Positions 10,969 to 22,903 of a DNA stretch of 64,000 bases are shown piece after piece (the stretch's first letter is position 1; each line of letters begins with the position of its first letter). Position numbers and translations under genes: made by a program. The notes beneath the pieces are model-generated. The model did not search any database, had not been told where the DNA came from, and worked only from the letters and a program-made list of their open reading frames with translations. Source of the DNA: Haliotis cracherodii (lineage: Eukaryota); NCBI RefSeq assembly GCF_022045235.1, contig NW_027266279.1, positions 11,470,001-11,534,000 on the forward strand, written 5' to 3'.

Positions 10969-13900
10969 GGGACAAGGATGTCTCGTGATTAAAGATGGGT
11001 GGACTACTAAACATGGATGGATGACTTTATAATATACATTTCCTATACAGATATCTGACATCAGTCACATCAATCTTCTGAAATGATGTTTTAGCACACT
11101 AAATTCAAGATTAACGTAAAAATCCCAATTTGCCTTTCCATGCATCCTCAATACCCATCCACCCACCAACATCTATTTACCCACCCCTGTCGTTCCGCCA
11201 ACTATCAGGATTGCTATTGCTCTCGGGGAATAAATGACTACCTACAATATGATAATCCCCCATCTCTCCCCAACCAGATGCCAACATCAAAGTGTTGTCT
11301 GCTCAGTGCTCACAAAAGAATGAATTATCCCCCCCACCTCTGCCGCTTGGGTCATTCTCCGGCCTTTCTTTCTTGTTGATGAAAGATTATGTAATCTATC
11401 AGTAAAGTCTGAGATTACTTGATAGCTCAAATGAGCATACAGTTTACCTATGGTTTAATGTGTGGTGCCTCTGTTTTAGATTCATATCGCATGTGGGTTT
11501 CACACAGCCATATTATAACATGTTTCTTTGAGACATCTCATGCTCAAACGTGCGTATGTTGCCAATAGACATGCTCTCCAAATAATTCGGCAAACTACAA
11601 AGTTCGTGTCTTTGAAAGGCATTTAGAAGTGATACACTTAAGGAAGAGAATTAATGGATGTCAGCTTCTTTATTATGAGGAACACAAAGTTTCGGAAGTA
11701 TGCTTACTCCTTACGCAGCTTTTAGAAATAGCCCAGCAATATCACGGTGGGGCTCATCTGAAATGGTCTTCAGAAACGCGGGCCTTTGGCGAACGTTTGA
11801 AACAAAGACTGTCGCACCGTCTCAATTTAACAGTGCTTGTAGAATATAGTTTTACATTTTTCAATGTGCTTCTTGTTTTTATGAACGAATTTCCTTACAT
11901 TAGCGTTCATAGGAAGTATTGTTGAAAAGCTTTCCGCTATAATTTGTTAAAAATATATTTCTTTATATGAATGTTATAGTCTGTTGTTAATCAAGTTGTT
12001 AAATATTTTTGTATAATACGTTAAAAACATTTTCATCAGATTTTTGTGATTTATTGAATGTCCATGCTATTAACGTATACTTGTATATAACGCGTTGTTC
12101 AATGTATAAATTGTTGAATAAAAAACCCTAACATTACATATCTTGGGATATTCATTTCCGCAATGTTTAAGCTTTCTTGGCCTGTCTTCAGATTAGTTGT
12201 GGTCTGCTTTAATGTATTTATTGCAAATTCAAAATGTGAAACAGCTGATCTTCCAACCCCATTCTAGTTCAGGGCTTGAGAGTCAGTGTCCAGGTTGACT
12301 GGGCTCATGTGTACCTGAACTGGTCCACCACAACAGTGGAAGTCTTGGGTCTGGGGGACGTGAGCGAATCCGTTCCATTTGGTGACAAACCGGTTTACCG
12401 AAATGTCTCGCTTTATGAATATGGAATCCTTCGGTTTCTAACAGAATATCCGCCTTGATTGATAATGTATCTAAGTCTTCCTTGTCGATTGAATGAGGCT
12501 TTATTTGACACATGCTTCAAAATGCCTTGATAACAAAGAAAACCAAAATGCTAGCCGCCTAGCTACTGTAATATGTGCAATTCTGCAATCGTTTTCACTT
12601 CCCCCGAGTCCTTTCTTTGTGTAAAATCCATTGAAGTTTGTGTTACGTCATCTTGTTGCAAAGTCTGTTTGTTCAATGCTAAGCCAGTTTCAGAACGGAG
12701 GTTGGACTCGCCTTTTGTCAGCACTGTTCTGTATACTGAGTTCAACCTTGGGGAGATGCATGCACTTCCACATACGAGACCCGTGAAGATCCGGGGTAGA
12801 ATAGGTCTTCAGCAATCCCTGATTGCCGTATAAGGCGATCGATGCTCATGATGTCACTGACCTACTGCAAGTACCTGTTTTCTAAACCAAAAAAAAAATA
12901 CAATCCTCCAAAACCTTTAATATAAGCATGTGATTAATCCTGTTTTGTTTGTTTGAAGCATAAATTGTTTATTAAGCAAAATTATCTCTGCAGCCAACTT
13001 TTCTTGCATCAAAACATGGGCTGTGTACTTGCATGCAGATGACCATGGAGTACGCTGATCCCGTGAAGATCCGGGGTAGAATAGGTGTTCAGCAACCCAT
13101 GCTTGCCGAAAAAGGTGACAATGCTTGTCGTACGAGGCGACTAACGGGATCGGGTGGTCAAGCTCGCTGACTTGGTTGATGCATGTCATCGATACCAATT
13201 GCGTGGATCGATGCTCATATTAATCACAGGACTGCCTGTTCCAGACTCGATTACTTACAGACCGCCGTCATATAGCTTGAATATTGCTGAGTGTGGCGTT
13301 AAACAACAAACAAACAAACCACATACGACAAAGACCCCTTCAGCCAAAGCGGGAGCGATGGTATGATGAAAGAAACGAAGGTATCGCGCGCTGGTTTGTT
13401 CGGTTTTAATGAGAGACTAAGCAGTGAGCGGTTTATGCATGTTTTTTAGTTAGCGCAATATATGCAGTGTCGATAAGGGTGTGGCTTCATGGACCGCGCA
13501 CTGCCGATTTCAGTTCCCTGGGGTCCACCCGGTTTATTCGGCTACCTGCAAACTACATCGGTACGACTCATTGGATTTGAGGAGCCGTGCCTTTGATGGT
13601 CAAAGGGAAATAACTGTAAATTCTTATTACCTTTTGCTAAACAGACTTGTCTCCCTTCGTGACAAGGACGTCAAGCTCCTTCCCAGCGCGTGACAACTTC
13701 GTTACACTCTCGATAGAGAGCTCCGCGAATGCGAATCCGCTTGCAAGGACATAACTCATGATTTTTCATACCAGGTGAGCTCGCTTTGATTGGCGTGTGA
13801 AGTTTTAAGCGAGACACTATCTCACCATCGTTTACTCTTCCAGTAACATAAGTTCGATCGTAACTGTAGTTCCACGAACGGTCGATTTCTGGGAGGACTT

Positions 13901-14079
13901 TTGTAAACAAATCCACTCCCCACGTGGTCCTTTACGATGTTTTATCTCTGCCAAGTCCATTTTTCTGTGTTTAGGAGAAAAATATTCGCATAAAGGAGAA
14001 AAAATTCAAACGTGCACCTTGATTTTTAATTCACGTCACTGAAGCAGCTTTGTGGCAGTGGTGATATCGGAAGTTGCGA

Positions 14080-14226
14080 CAGTGTATCGGGATGGGAAGG
14101 AACTTGTTCAGTAAGTCAGTGTATCGGGATGGGAAGGAGCTTGTTCAGTAAGTCAGTGTATCGGGATGGGAAGGAGCTTGTTCAGTAAGTCAGTGTATCG
14201 GGATGGGAAGGAGCTTGTTCAGTAAG
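14080..14226. repeat. 4 x 37-bp tandem repeat
   Basis: cagtgtatcgggatgggaaggagcttgttcagtaagt at 14080, 14117, 14154 and 14191. Confidence 0.95.
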
Positions 14227-17200
14227 ACAAGGGGAAACAGCTCAATCAACGCTTTAATTCATGCATTCATATCACTAACACAGGATCCGTGAAGATTCCG
14301 GGGTAGAATAGGTCTTCAGCAACCCATACTTGCCGTAAAAGGCGACTAACGGGATCGGGTGGTCAGGCTTGCTGACTTGGTTGATGCATGTCATCGATCC
14401 CAATTGCGTGGATCGATGCTCATGATGTCATTAATTGGATTGTCTGGTCGAGTCGATTATTTTATAGACCGCCGTCATATAGCTGGAATATTGCTGAGTG
14501 CGGCGTTAAACAACAAACAAACAAACAAAACAAAATATGCTGATTGTACACATGTATGCTTTAATGGACCGTGCACTGACGATTTCAGTCGCAAGCTCAG
14601 ACGTTTAGGTTATACAGTTTGGCACTAACTCAATGAAGGTTCTTAATCCAATGAACTCATACAAAATGAAAGTCAATTCTTAAGTGTACACACCAAAATC
14701 ATTTTCTTTATTTGAAACAAAACGCAATTTTAGAATAGGTTGATATCAATGTTTGAAACTATACACTCATTTTTCTCACAATGAGAGTAGGAAGCTCCAA
14801 ATAAGTGGAAATGTTATGCCTTTGTGAGGCCTTCGTTTTCAGATCTAAACAGGCCAGAGTTATACCCCTTAGATTTTGATATGCCAATTTAACTGGGACC
14901 CTGTCTAGTCACAAGGCAAAAGATATTAAGTACCAATTTATGGTGAGACAACATGGCATCCGATATATAAAAAAAATGTTGAAAAAAATAAAATAAATAT
15001 TTGAAATTGGATAATATATTTTTTTCAAATTCTGACCTTCTCAGCTGAATTTCTGGGGGGGGGGGGAGAGAATCTGTAATGCCCACCCTCTAAAACTCGG
15101 TCCTAGCTGACTGGAAATATATACCCAATTATTATAATAACTAGCTTGATTTTATTTGTAGAGTCTTTCATACATCATGGATGCTATGCAGATACCCTGT
15201 GTTCAGTGTGTTCTTTTTGTTAAAATACCTTATATGACATCATAAAAATTATTTTTCCATAACAAAATACAGTATGTGCTATTGTTTAAATTGGCAAAAG
15301 CTATGAATACACAATGCCTTTTAGAAATCAAGTGTTGGTTTAAATCCTGGATGAATGCCTAGACAAAATTTGGTTTATCTTCCCTTTGAACAGTTTTCCC
15401 ATCACATGAAGATGTGTCAGACTAATGCATGAGTCAAATCTAAATCGACGCTGGTCCCTGATCAGTAGATCCTGCATGACAAAGGGACACAACTCCTTGT
15501 TGTACCCATCACCCATTGTACAAGTTCACAATGAAAACAAGTCCATGAAATTTAATGAATGTCACATAGCATTTCTACACAGAGTAAATATAATGCGATC
15601 CAAAATTCACCATAAAGGAGCCATGCTTTTGGCAAGAATATTCCTGATACACAGTATCTGTCAACCTAACCTCTTCATGCTAATACTGTTGCCTTGAACT
15701 CTGTGTTGAACTTTACAAACTTTACAAACTGAAAACACTCGTTGATAAAAGTCGAAAAACTCCTCGGCAAGCGTCAGAGATTTCCCACTTTTATCAACTT
15801 GTGTTGATATATTTTATATCAAATAACACTCGGGTGAGAATTTCATTGTCCAGTACCATTGAATTCCTTCAATTCTTATCACTATTTGATCTCTAATAAG
15901 TCGAATCAGGATTTGGACACATTTCTTTTATCTTAGGTCTCTTTTAGTTCTGACTATTGTCAGTCTGTTTAAGCATGGGAGTTCTGATTTGATGGGTAAG
16001 ATCGCTTTGTGGAACAATGACTCGGAGACTCCTAAGTACAAAACTGCCCTGATAATCAAACTGTATAAACTGGTGAAACTACAATGCATCATGTGAGTGA
16101 GTGAGTGAGTGAGTGAGTGAGTATGGTTTTACGCCACTTTTAGCAATATCACAGCGGGGGACACCAGAAATGGGCTTCACACATTGTACCCATGTCGGGA
16201 ATCGAACCTGGGTCTTCGGCGTGACGAGCGAACGCTTAAATCACTCTGCTACCCGACCGACCCTGTCAATGTTAGAACGCCTGTACATTGAGTAGAACTT
16301 GTCACAGGTAATTATCTCAACTGTTACTTCATGTTGTCAACTTTATTTGATTTTCGGGGAGGGGTGTTTTGTTTGGGATCAGCATTTTTTACTGTATATG
16401 TTTTTTTAGGAGCTCAGTTATTTTTCCAAACATAAACAGGTGCTCAATTGCTTATTTTATTACACAAAGATAAATAAGGAACTGTATTTTTTAGCAAAAA
16501 CAGAGGCCTGATTATTTTCTTATTACACAAATCCCTGAACCCCCCGCTGAAAATCAAATAGTTGCTCCCTAAGTAATCTTTTATTAACTCAACACTATAT
16601 TTGCTTGCTTAACATGAACTTCTCAATACTGTAATCTACTGTAGTTCTGAAATAATATTCAGGGTTAGAAATTGGCACTAGTCCTATTATTGTCCTTGCA
16701 AATCTGCCCAATAGTTAAAGTATCATGAGAGTGAGACGAAATTTGCCATTTTTAGGGGTTTTGCTATATATTATCATTATAAGGACTAGTGGACCAAAAA
16801 TGTTAAGTTAATACCGCTGATATTGTAATGCTTTGATATTGAGAATCTGTTTCAAATCTGTGCTTCACACTCAGATATGTCAAACCTTTTCTCAGGTCCA
16901 TGGAGTTCAAACCAACAGCGCTTAGCTGTGTGTATTTCAACATGTGTTCAATGCATTCAGTGCCAAACATATTTAGGGATACACGTTAAACAAGGCCTGT
17001 GTGGAACATTGTGGTGATAATGTGGAAGGAATAGAGCCACATCAACAAATATATAAATATTTACATATAATACAACAATAACAATGTTTAACAATTGTGA
17101 GTATGGTTTTTTGTTGCCTCTGGCAATATTTCATCAATATCCTGGCAGTGGACACCAATGCTTCACACACAACACCCATGTGGCAGACTGGGCACTTAAC

Positions 17201-17849
17201 CTTGGACCAGAGACCATATAACAGAGTATACTGTCTGGTCTCTGCTTGGACCATGACAAGCCAACGATTTAACCGCTTGGCTACCTCACAGCCCCATATA
17301 AAATATGAACACATGAGAAAGATTATCCAAACTTAATTTTAAAAATTCAAATCACTAACATTTAGAGATACATCATGACGGCCATGTTGAAAATGTCCTT
17401 TTCGGACATTACTCAGTCAATTTTGCATGTATTGTTGTGAAATTAGACATGCAGCAAGTATGTGATTTTCAGAATAAGATGTGAATACTTTGATTTTCCA
17501 TCCAGCTACGACCCATGACTGACTTTTCTGCCCGATGAACATTTTATCAAAGCATTAGAAAGAACTCCCAAAGTAGATAGACATGGGAAGGGAAGTAACT
17601 CTTGGACTCCAAGCAGCATGCTGCTTTCATGCCTCCACATTACTCTTTTGAATTGCTGTCCATGCATATAAGCAATACTTGAAAATTTACATGCAATTTT
17701 ATTTCATTTTGGTCCTTAAACCTCATTTCGTAAAAAAGAATCCTTGAAGATTGATCTACTCATACACCAAAGATCATGGAGAGTTAACCCTCATCACATA
17801 AGGCAGTAAGCCTTGTGAATGAGCTTGACCCATGAAATGATATATCAGT

Positions 17850-18280
17850 TAGGGCTGGGACGAGTCCAAATTTACTACCCGGATACCCACACCCTTATTA
17901 CCCGACCTGCTCAGATCATGCAGATACCCACTGTTGGTGTCAAAAGATAGGTACAAAATGTCCTATTGGGTATAGTTTGACAGTAGCCCTGGCAAAATGT
18001 ATTAAGATACACGTATAAAACGATGTGGTCATTCATACACTGAAGTTGACTGAAGTTTTAGCTTTGTTCAAACATATTTAAGTCAGAAGGAACGTGTTTC
18101 ATAGTCATAAAGAAATGCGAACATGAGAAATTGTCGTGTGACCATGTAGTTATATAGTGATTTTGTATCATGAAACAAAATATCACGTGACTAACCACGG
18201 GTCCGGGTAGTCCTGTGGGTACCCGGGTCCTACTCAGAACCCACCAGACCCGAGTACCCGAGTTACCCGTCCCAGCCCTA
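17850..18280. mobile_element. hAT-like MITE
   Basis: TIR TAGGGCTGGGACG/CGTCCCAGCCCTA, 8-bp TSD atatca(g/a)t, subterminal TACCCG repeats. Confidence 0.85.
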
Positions 18281-20279
18281 ATATCAATGTAATCAAAAAT
18301 ACTTCCCAGGGCAATCATGGTATATGCATGATACATGTTTGATATCCCTGTGACGATGATGTCCAAGCATCATATGGTTTCAAAAACAAATTGCGGAAGC
18401 AGTGATTCATATCTACATGGGGCTGTTTAATGAACAAATTTCAACAAAATCAAGTAAGGCCTTATTTTTTAAATAGTTTACAGATATTTGGCCAATACTA
18501 GAGGGACCATTAAAGGTTGGTCAAACTTAAAATAGAACACATTTTGTAAGTAAAGTATAGAAAAGATTTTTAAAAATACATCCAAATCAAGTCAAGCGGT
18601 CATTTTATGTGAATTGTTTTTGTCAGGGGATCTGTGAGCCAAATATTTGAAAACAAGTGTATTATCATGATTATCATGGCAATGTCAGGTCAAACTAAGA
18701 GTGAGTGAGTATGGTTTGACGCTGCTTTTAGCAATATTCCAGCAATATCAAGGCGGGGGACACCAGAAATGGGCTTCACACATTGTACCCATGTCGGGAA
18801 TCGAACCCGGGTCTTCGGCGTGACGCTTTAACCACTAAGCTACCTGACCACCCCTCATACAAAGAACATCAAAGACATTAGACACTGTGCAACAATGAAA
18901 TCTCATATGGCTCTTTCCTTCATGGCAGTGAAAGCTAACCTATTTAAATACATGAGTTTTTCTACTCGTACAACATCAATAAACTTTGAATACGAATAAC
19001 AAAAGCGAACATCCTTGGATCCAAAAATATGCAACATTCCCCAACTGACATTTTATTTGTTTTCCACTATTACCATATGTATGGTTTCTGTTGTCCACAA
19101 CACTCAAAATTCCACCTCCATGACAGTGGCCTCAATATAATCATTTCTGAACTGGACAAACCAGTGATTGATATTATGAGCCACCGTTGGGGTATGAAGA
19201 CAAAAAGTGGACCAAGTCACTGATTCTGACAACCCGAATCATTAAGTTGCCTGTTTGACAAGCATAGGCTGCATGGGACCTGTTCTTACCCGGAATCCCC
19301 ATGGGGACGATAAATAACGATAAGTAGAGGAGTCACAGAGTATCGCACAAAAAATCCCCTTCTTCGTCCCCCCTTTACCCCCCCCCCAGGTAAGAAAGAC
19401 TATAAACATGGTATACCATACGTACAGGTGGGTTAAAGACTATTATGAAACTGAAACAAATGTTAAAGAATACAAAGTGCTGACTGTTTCTAATTGGTGA
19501 CAAAAATTATATTTAATGCCAATACAAGATGGTTACCTGAGCACATTTTAAAATCCTACAAAATGTCTGTCAACATATCAAAGGTTATGATGATTGATGA
19601 ACAAAATGCCATCACAGAAGTGAGTGACTTTGATTTAATGCCATTTAAACAGTATTGCAGTACCACCTCAGCATGACGGCTTGATGTGGTAGGAAAATGA
19701 GGCATGTCGTAATGGAAACCCAGAGAATGTGTTTGGTGCAGACAAACCAAGGATCATAATCTGGTAGAATCGTGGACTCAAACCCATGATCATAGTATCA
19801 TGGCACCCTAAGCGACGCAATACATCACAGTGTATTTAGACCATTGGACCACACAGGCCCTGGGGATCACCGGAGTGCTCTTTTCTGAATATAATGTCAG
19901 CCCACCTCACACCCCTCCTTTTCATACAACTCACTCCAACACTACACAGTTTGTAACTCAAGACAATCTGCAGTGCAAATCCCCCATCCCCAATGTGGCT
20001 AGCACACCCCCTACCCTCTGGCCAGACTACCTGACAATACAGTCGTACTGCATTGCCTCTTTGCGATAATCATCCCCGATCTCCCATCAACTTGGACCAC
20101 AGTTTTGTTTCCAACATGTTTTTCTATCCCTCTTAGCATTACATCCTCTGAATCCAACCCATCCACTCTCTCTCAAATGAGTTTAATTTTATTCTCATTT
20201 TATTCAGACACAAAATGAAGCTGTGGTGGGTCCTGTGTATTTATAGTAATACAATGGAGAAATTCTACTGAAGATGCAC

Positions 20280-21326
20280 AATAGTCACTGTTAACATAGC
20301 TGAGAGCTGTGATGGGGTCCTACAGTCAAGACATGCCATACATCAGTCTGACTGTAGGGTCATGTCTTGACTGTAGGACCCCAATAGTCACTGTTGACAC
20401 AGCCGAGAGCTGTGATGGGGTCCTACAGTCAAGACATCACATACATCAGTCTGACAGTAGGGTCATGTCTTGACTGTAGGACCCCAATAGTCACTGTTGA
20501 CACAGCCGAGAGCTGTGATGGGGTCCTACAGTCAAGGCAAGACATACATCAGTATGACTGTAGGGTCTTGTCTTGACTGTAGGACCCCAATAGTCACTGT
20601 TGATACAGCCAAGAGCTGTGATGGTGTCCTACAGTCAAGACATCACATACATCAGTCTGACAGTAGGGTCATGTCTTGACTGTAGGACCCCAATAGTCAC
20701 TGTTGACACAGCCAAGAGCTGTGATGGTGTCCTACATTCAAGACATCACATACATCAGTCTGACAGTAGGGTTATGTCTTGACTGTAGGACCCCAATAGT
20801 CACTGTTGACATAGCTGAGAGCTGTGATGGTGTCCTACAGTCAAGGCAAGACATACATCAGTATGACTGTAGGGTCGTGTCTTGACTGTAAAATCCCAAT
20901 AGTCACTGTTGACACAGCCGAGAGCTGTGATGGGGTCCTACAGTCAAGACATGCCATACATCAGTCTGATAGTAGGGTCATGTCTTGACTGTAGGACCCC
21001 AATAGTCACTGTTGACACAGCCAAGAGCTGTGATGGGGTCCTACAGTCAAGACATCACATACATCAGTCTGACAGTAGGGTCATGTCTTGACTGTAGGAT
21101 CCCAATAGTCACTGTTGACACAGCCAAGAGCTGTGATGGGGTCCTACAGTCAAGACATCACATACATCAGTCTGACAGTAGGGTTATGTCTTGACTGTAG
21201 GATCCCAATAGTCACTGTTGACACAGCCAAGAGCCGTGATGGGGTCCTACAGTCAAGACAAGACATACATCAGTCTGACAGTAGGGTCATGTCTTGACTG
21301 TAGGACCCCATCTCTGCTCTCAGCTA
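20280..21326. repeat. 10 x 103-bp tandem array, each unit carrying a long hairpin; whole array bounded by inverted repeats
   Basis: Units start at 20280, 20383 ... 21207. The arm ggggtcctacagtcaagacatg pairs with catgtcttgactgtaggacccc. Confidence 0.97.
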
Positions 21327-21522
21327 TTGTCGTAATACTGACATCACAAGGACTGTTTTGATTGACATGACAAAACAATTAATCATTCCATGATTCCATT
21401 TGCAACCATGGTAACATCACAAGAAATCAATGAGATTTCAAATATCATGAATATACAACAAATGTGAATGACACTAAACGTCAACCTCTTTTTGATCATC
21501 TTGATAACTTGCCTATCAGCTG

Positions 21523-22019
21523 CAGAGCTCCAGATAAGCTGCGTATCTGCGTAAAATACGCATCAGAAATGCAGAAATATGCAGTAAAATAAAATCCAAC
21601 TAATACGAAACTAACATTACAGATACGCTACAAAAATAAAACTTGTGCGTATCATCAACATATTGTGAAGTAACCCTGCGTATTCGATTAGCAAATCAGC
21701 AACTTATTTTGAAATTATAAACAGGCATTCCGTCAATCTTGCCAAACTCCACGATGACAGTAACATCATGATCATTTGCCATCACACTTTCTTGTGGAAG
21801 TATCGTGGTATGTTTGAGTCCTATAAAGCTCTCGAACCCACACGACACCAGTTTGCAGGGACCAGATGAATAGTGTCTATAAATATTTAACTTAAATACC
21901 CACATGTGTAAAAACTAGTGGGTAACAGAAATTTGAATACCCAGATAGCATTACTGATATCCAATGATTTTAAAATGCATGGGTAAAATACCCACAACAC
22001 CAAAAGCTTTGGAGCTCTG
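21523..22019. mobile_element. Non-autonomous TIR element (hAT-like ends)
   Basis: CAGAGCTCCA/TGGAGCTCTG termini with cagctg on both flanks; subterminal tacgca/taccca repeats. Confidence 0.6.
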
Positions 22020-22903
22020 CAGCTGGTTTGTGACTCTTCGTGAAAACAAGTTTATACACCAAGTTGTAGACATGACAGGGCCGTAGCCACACTGTGTCAC
22101 AACAGGAAACATAAAGTGATTGCAGGTCGTGACACATGATGTGACATAGAACACATGAATACTCTGGTCTTACAAAGAGACAGATCCTGCATCCAATATG
22201 CACAAAAATGAAAATGGATGCACAAAAAATGCACAGTGCCTCCACTGGGATGCAGACAATTGTTATGCATTGAATGTTGCTATTTATTCATTTGGTACCA
22301 TTTTAAATAAATTCCCATATGTCCTGGTAATCATTTAAAAATTAGTAGATCCAGCCCCCCCTTTTGAAAACAAAATGTTGTATGTTGGAGGTAGTAAAAT
22401 TATCTGAAAGAGGATTTTGAGATTTTGGACCCTTCCCTCTTTAAAAATGCTGGATCCGTCCTGGCACAGTTGAATAAGTTCTAACATGGGCACTAGGGGG
22501 AAACTCCATATATATTTTTAACTTATAGCCCCTGAGCAAGCGAAATCTTACGTCACCTGGTGGAAGAGTAATGTATTCAATTTTTCACATTCTCTAGGAA
22601 CCACATTCTGAAGCTTTGGACCTCCATTTTTCAAAACTTGAGACCCATATGGCGTAAGGCTTTGAGTCAGCTTGACCCCCAAAATAAAAAACTCAGCTGG
22701 AGACCTAATCAAAACATGAAGAAGACCTACCATATATAAAGCAACAATGGTCTGAAAACTATACTATGCTTACAGTAAATTTTCCTACCAAAGAGGTGTT
22801 CATATTGATTCATGACCTTCACAATAAGATACCGATTTTGTGTCAGAATGTATCACAATGCACCAATATATCACTGAATCGTTCATGGGTTTTCAAAGCG
22901 TTC

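Noticed and set aside
13154-14628. Recurrent short ORFs such as MVRLADLVDACHRSQLRGSM (also 45113, 46005, 47080, 54719)
   Set aside because: Translations of SINE-C copies whose frames are broken differently in each copy.
20394-21297. Series of 60-aa ORFs and a CRISPR-like look
   Set aside because: The ORFs just follow the 103-bp period. The spacers are not unique, there are no cas genes, and the DNA is eukaryotic.
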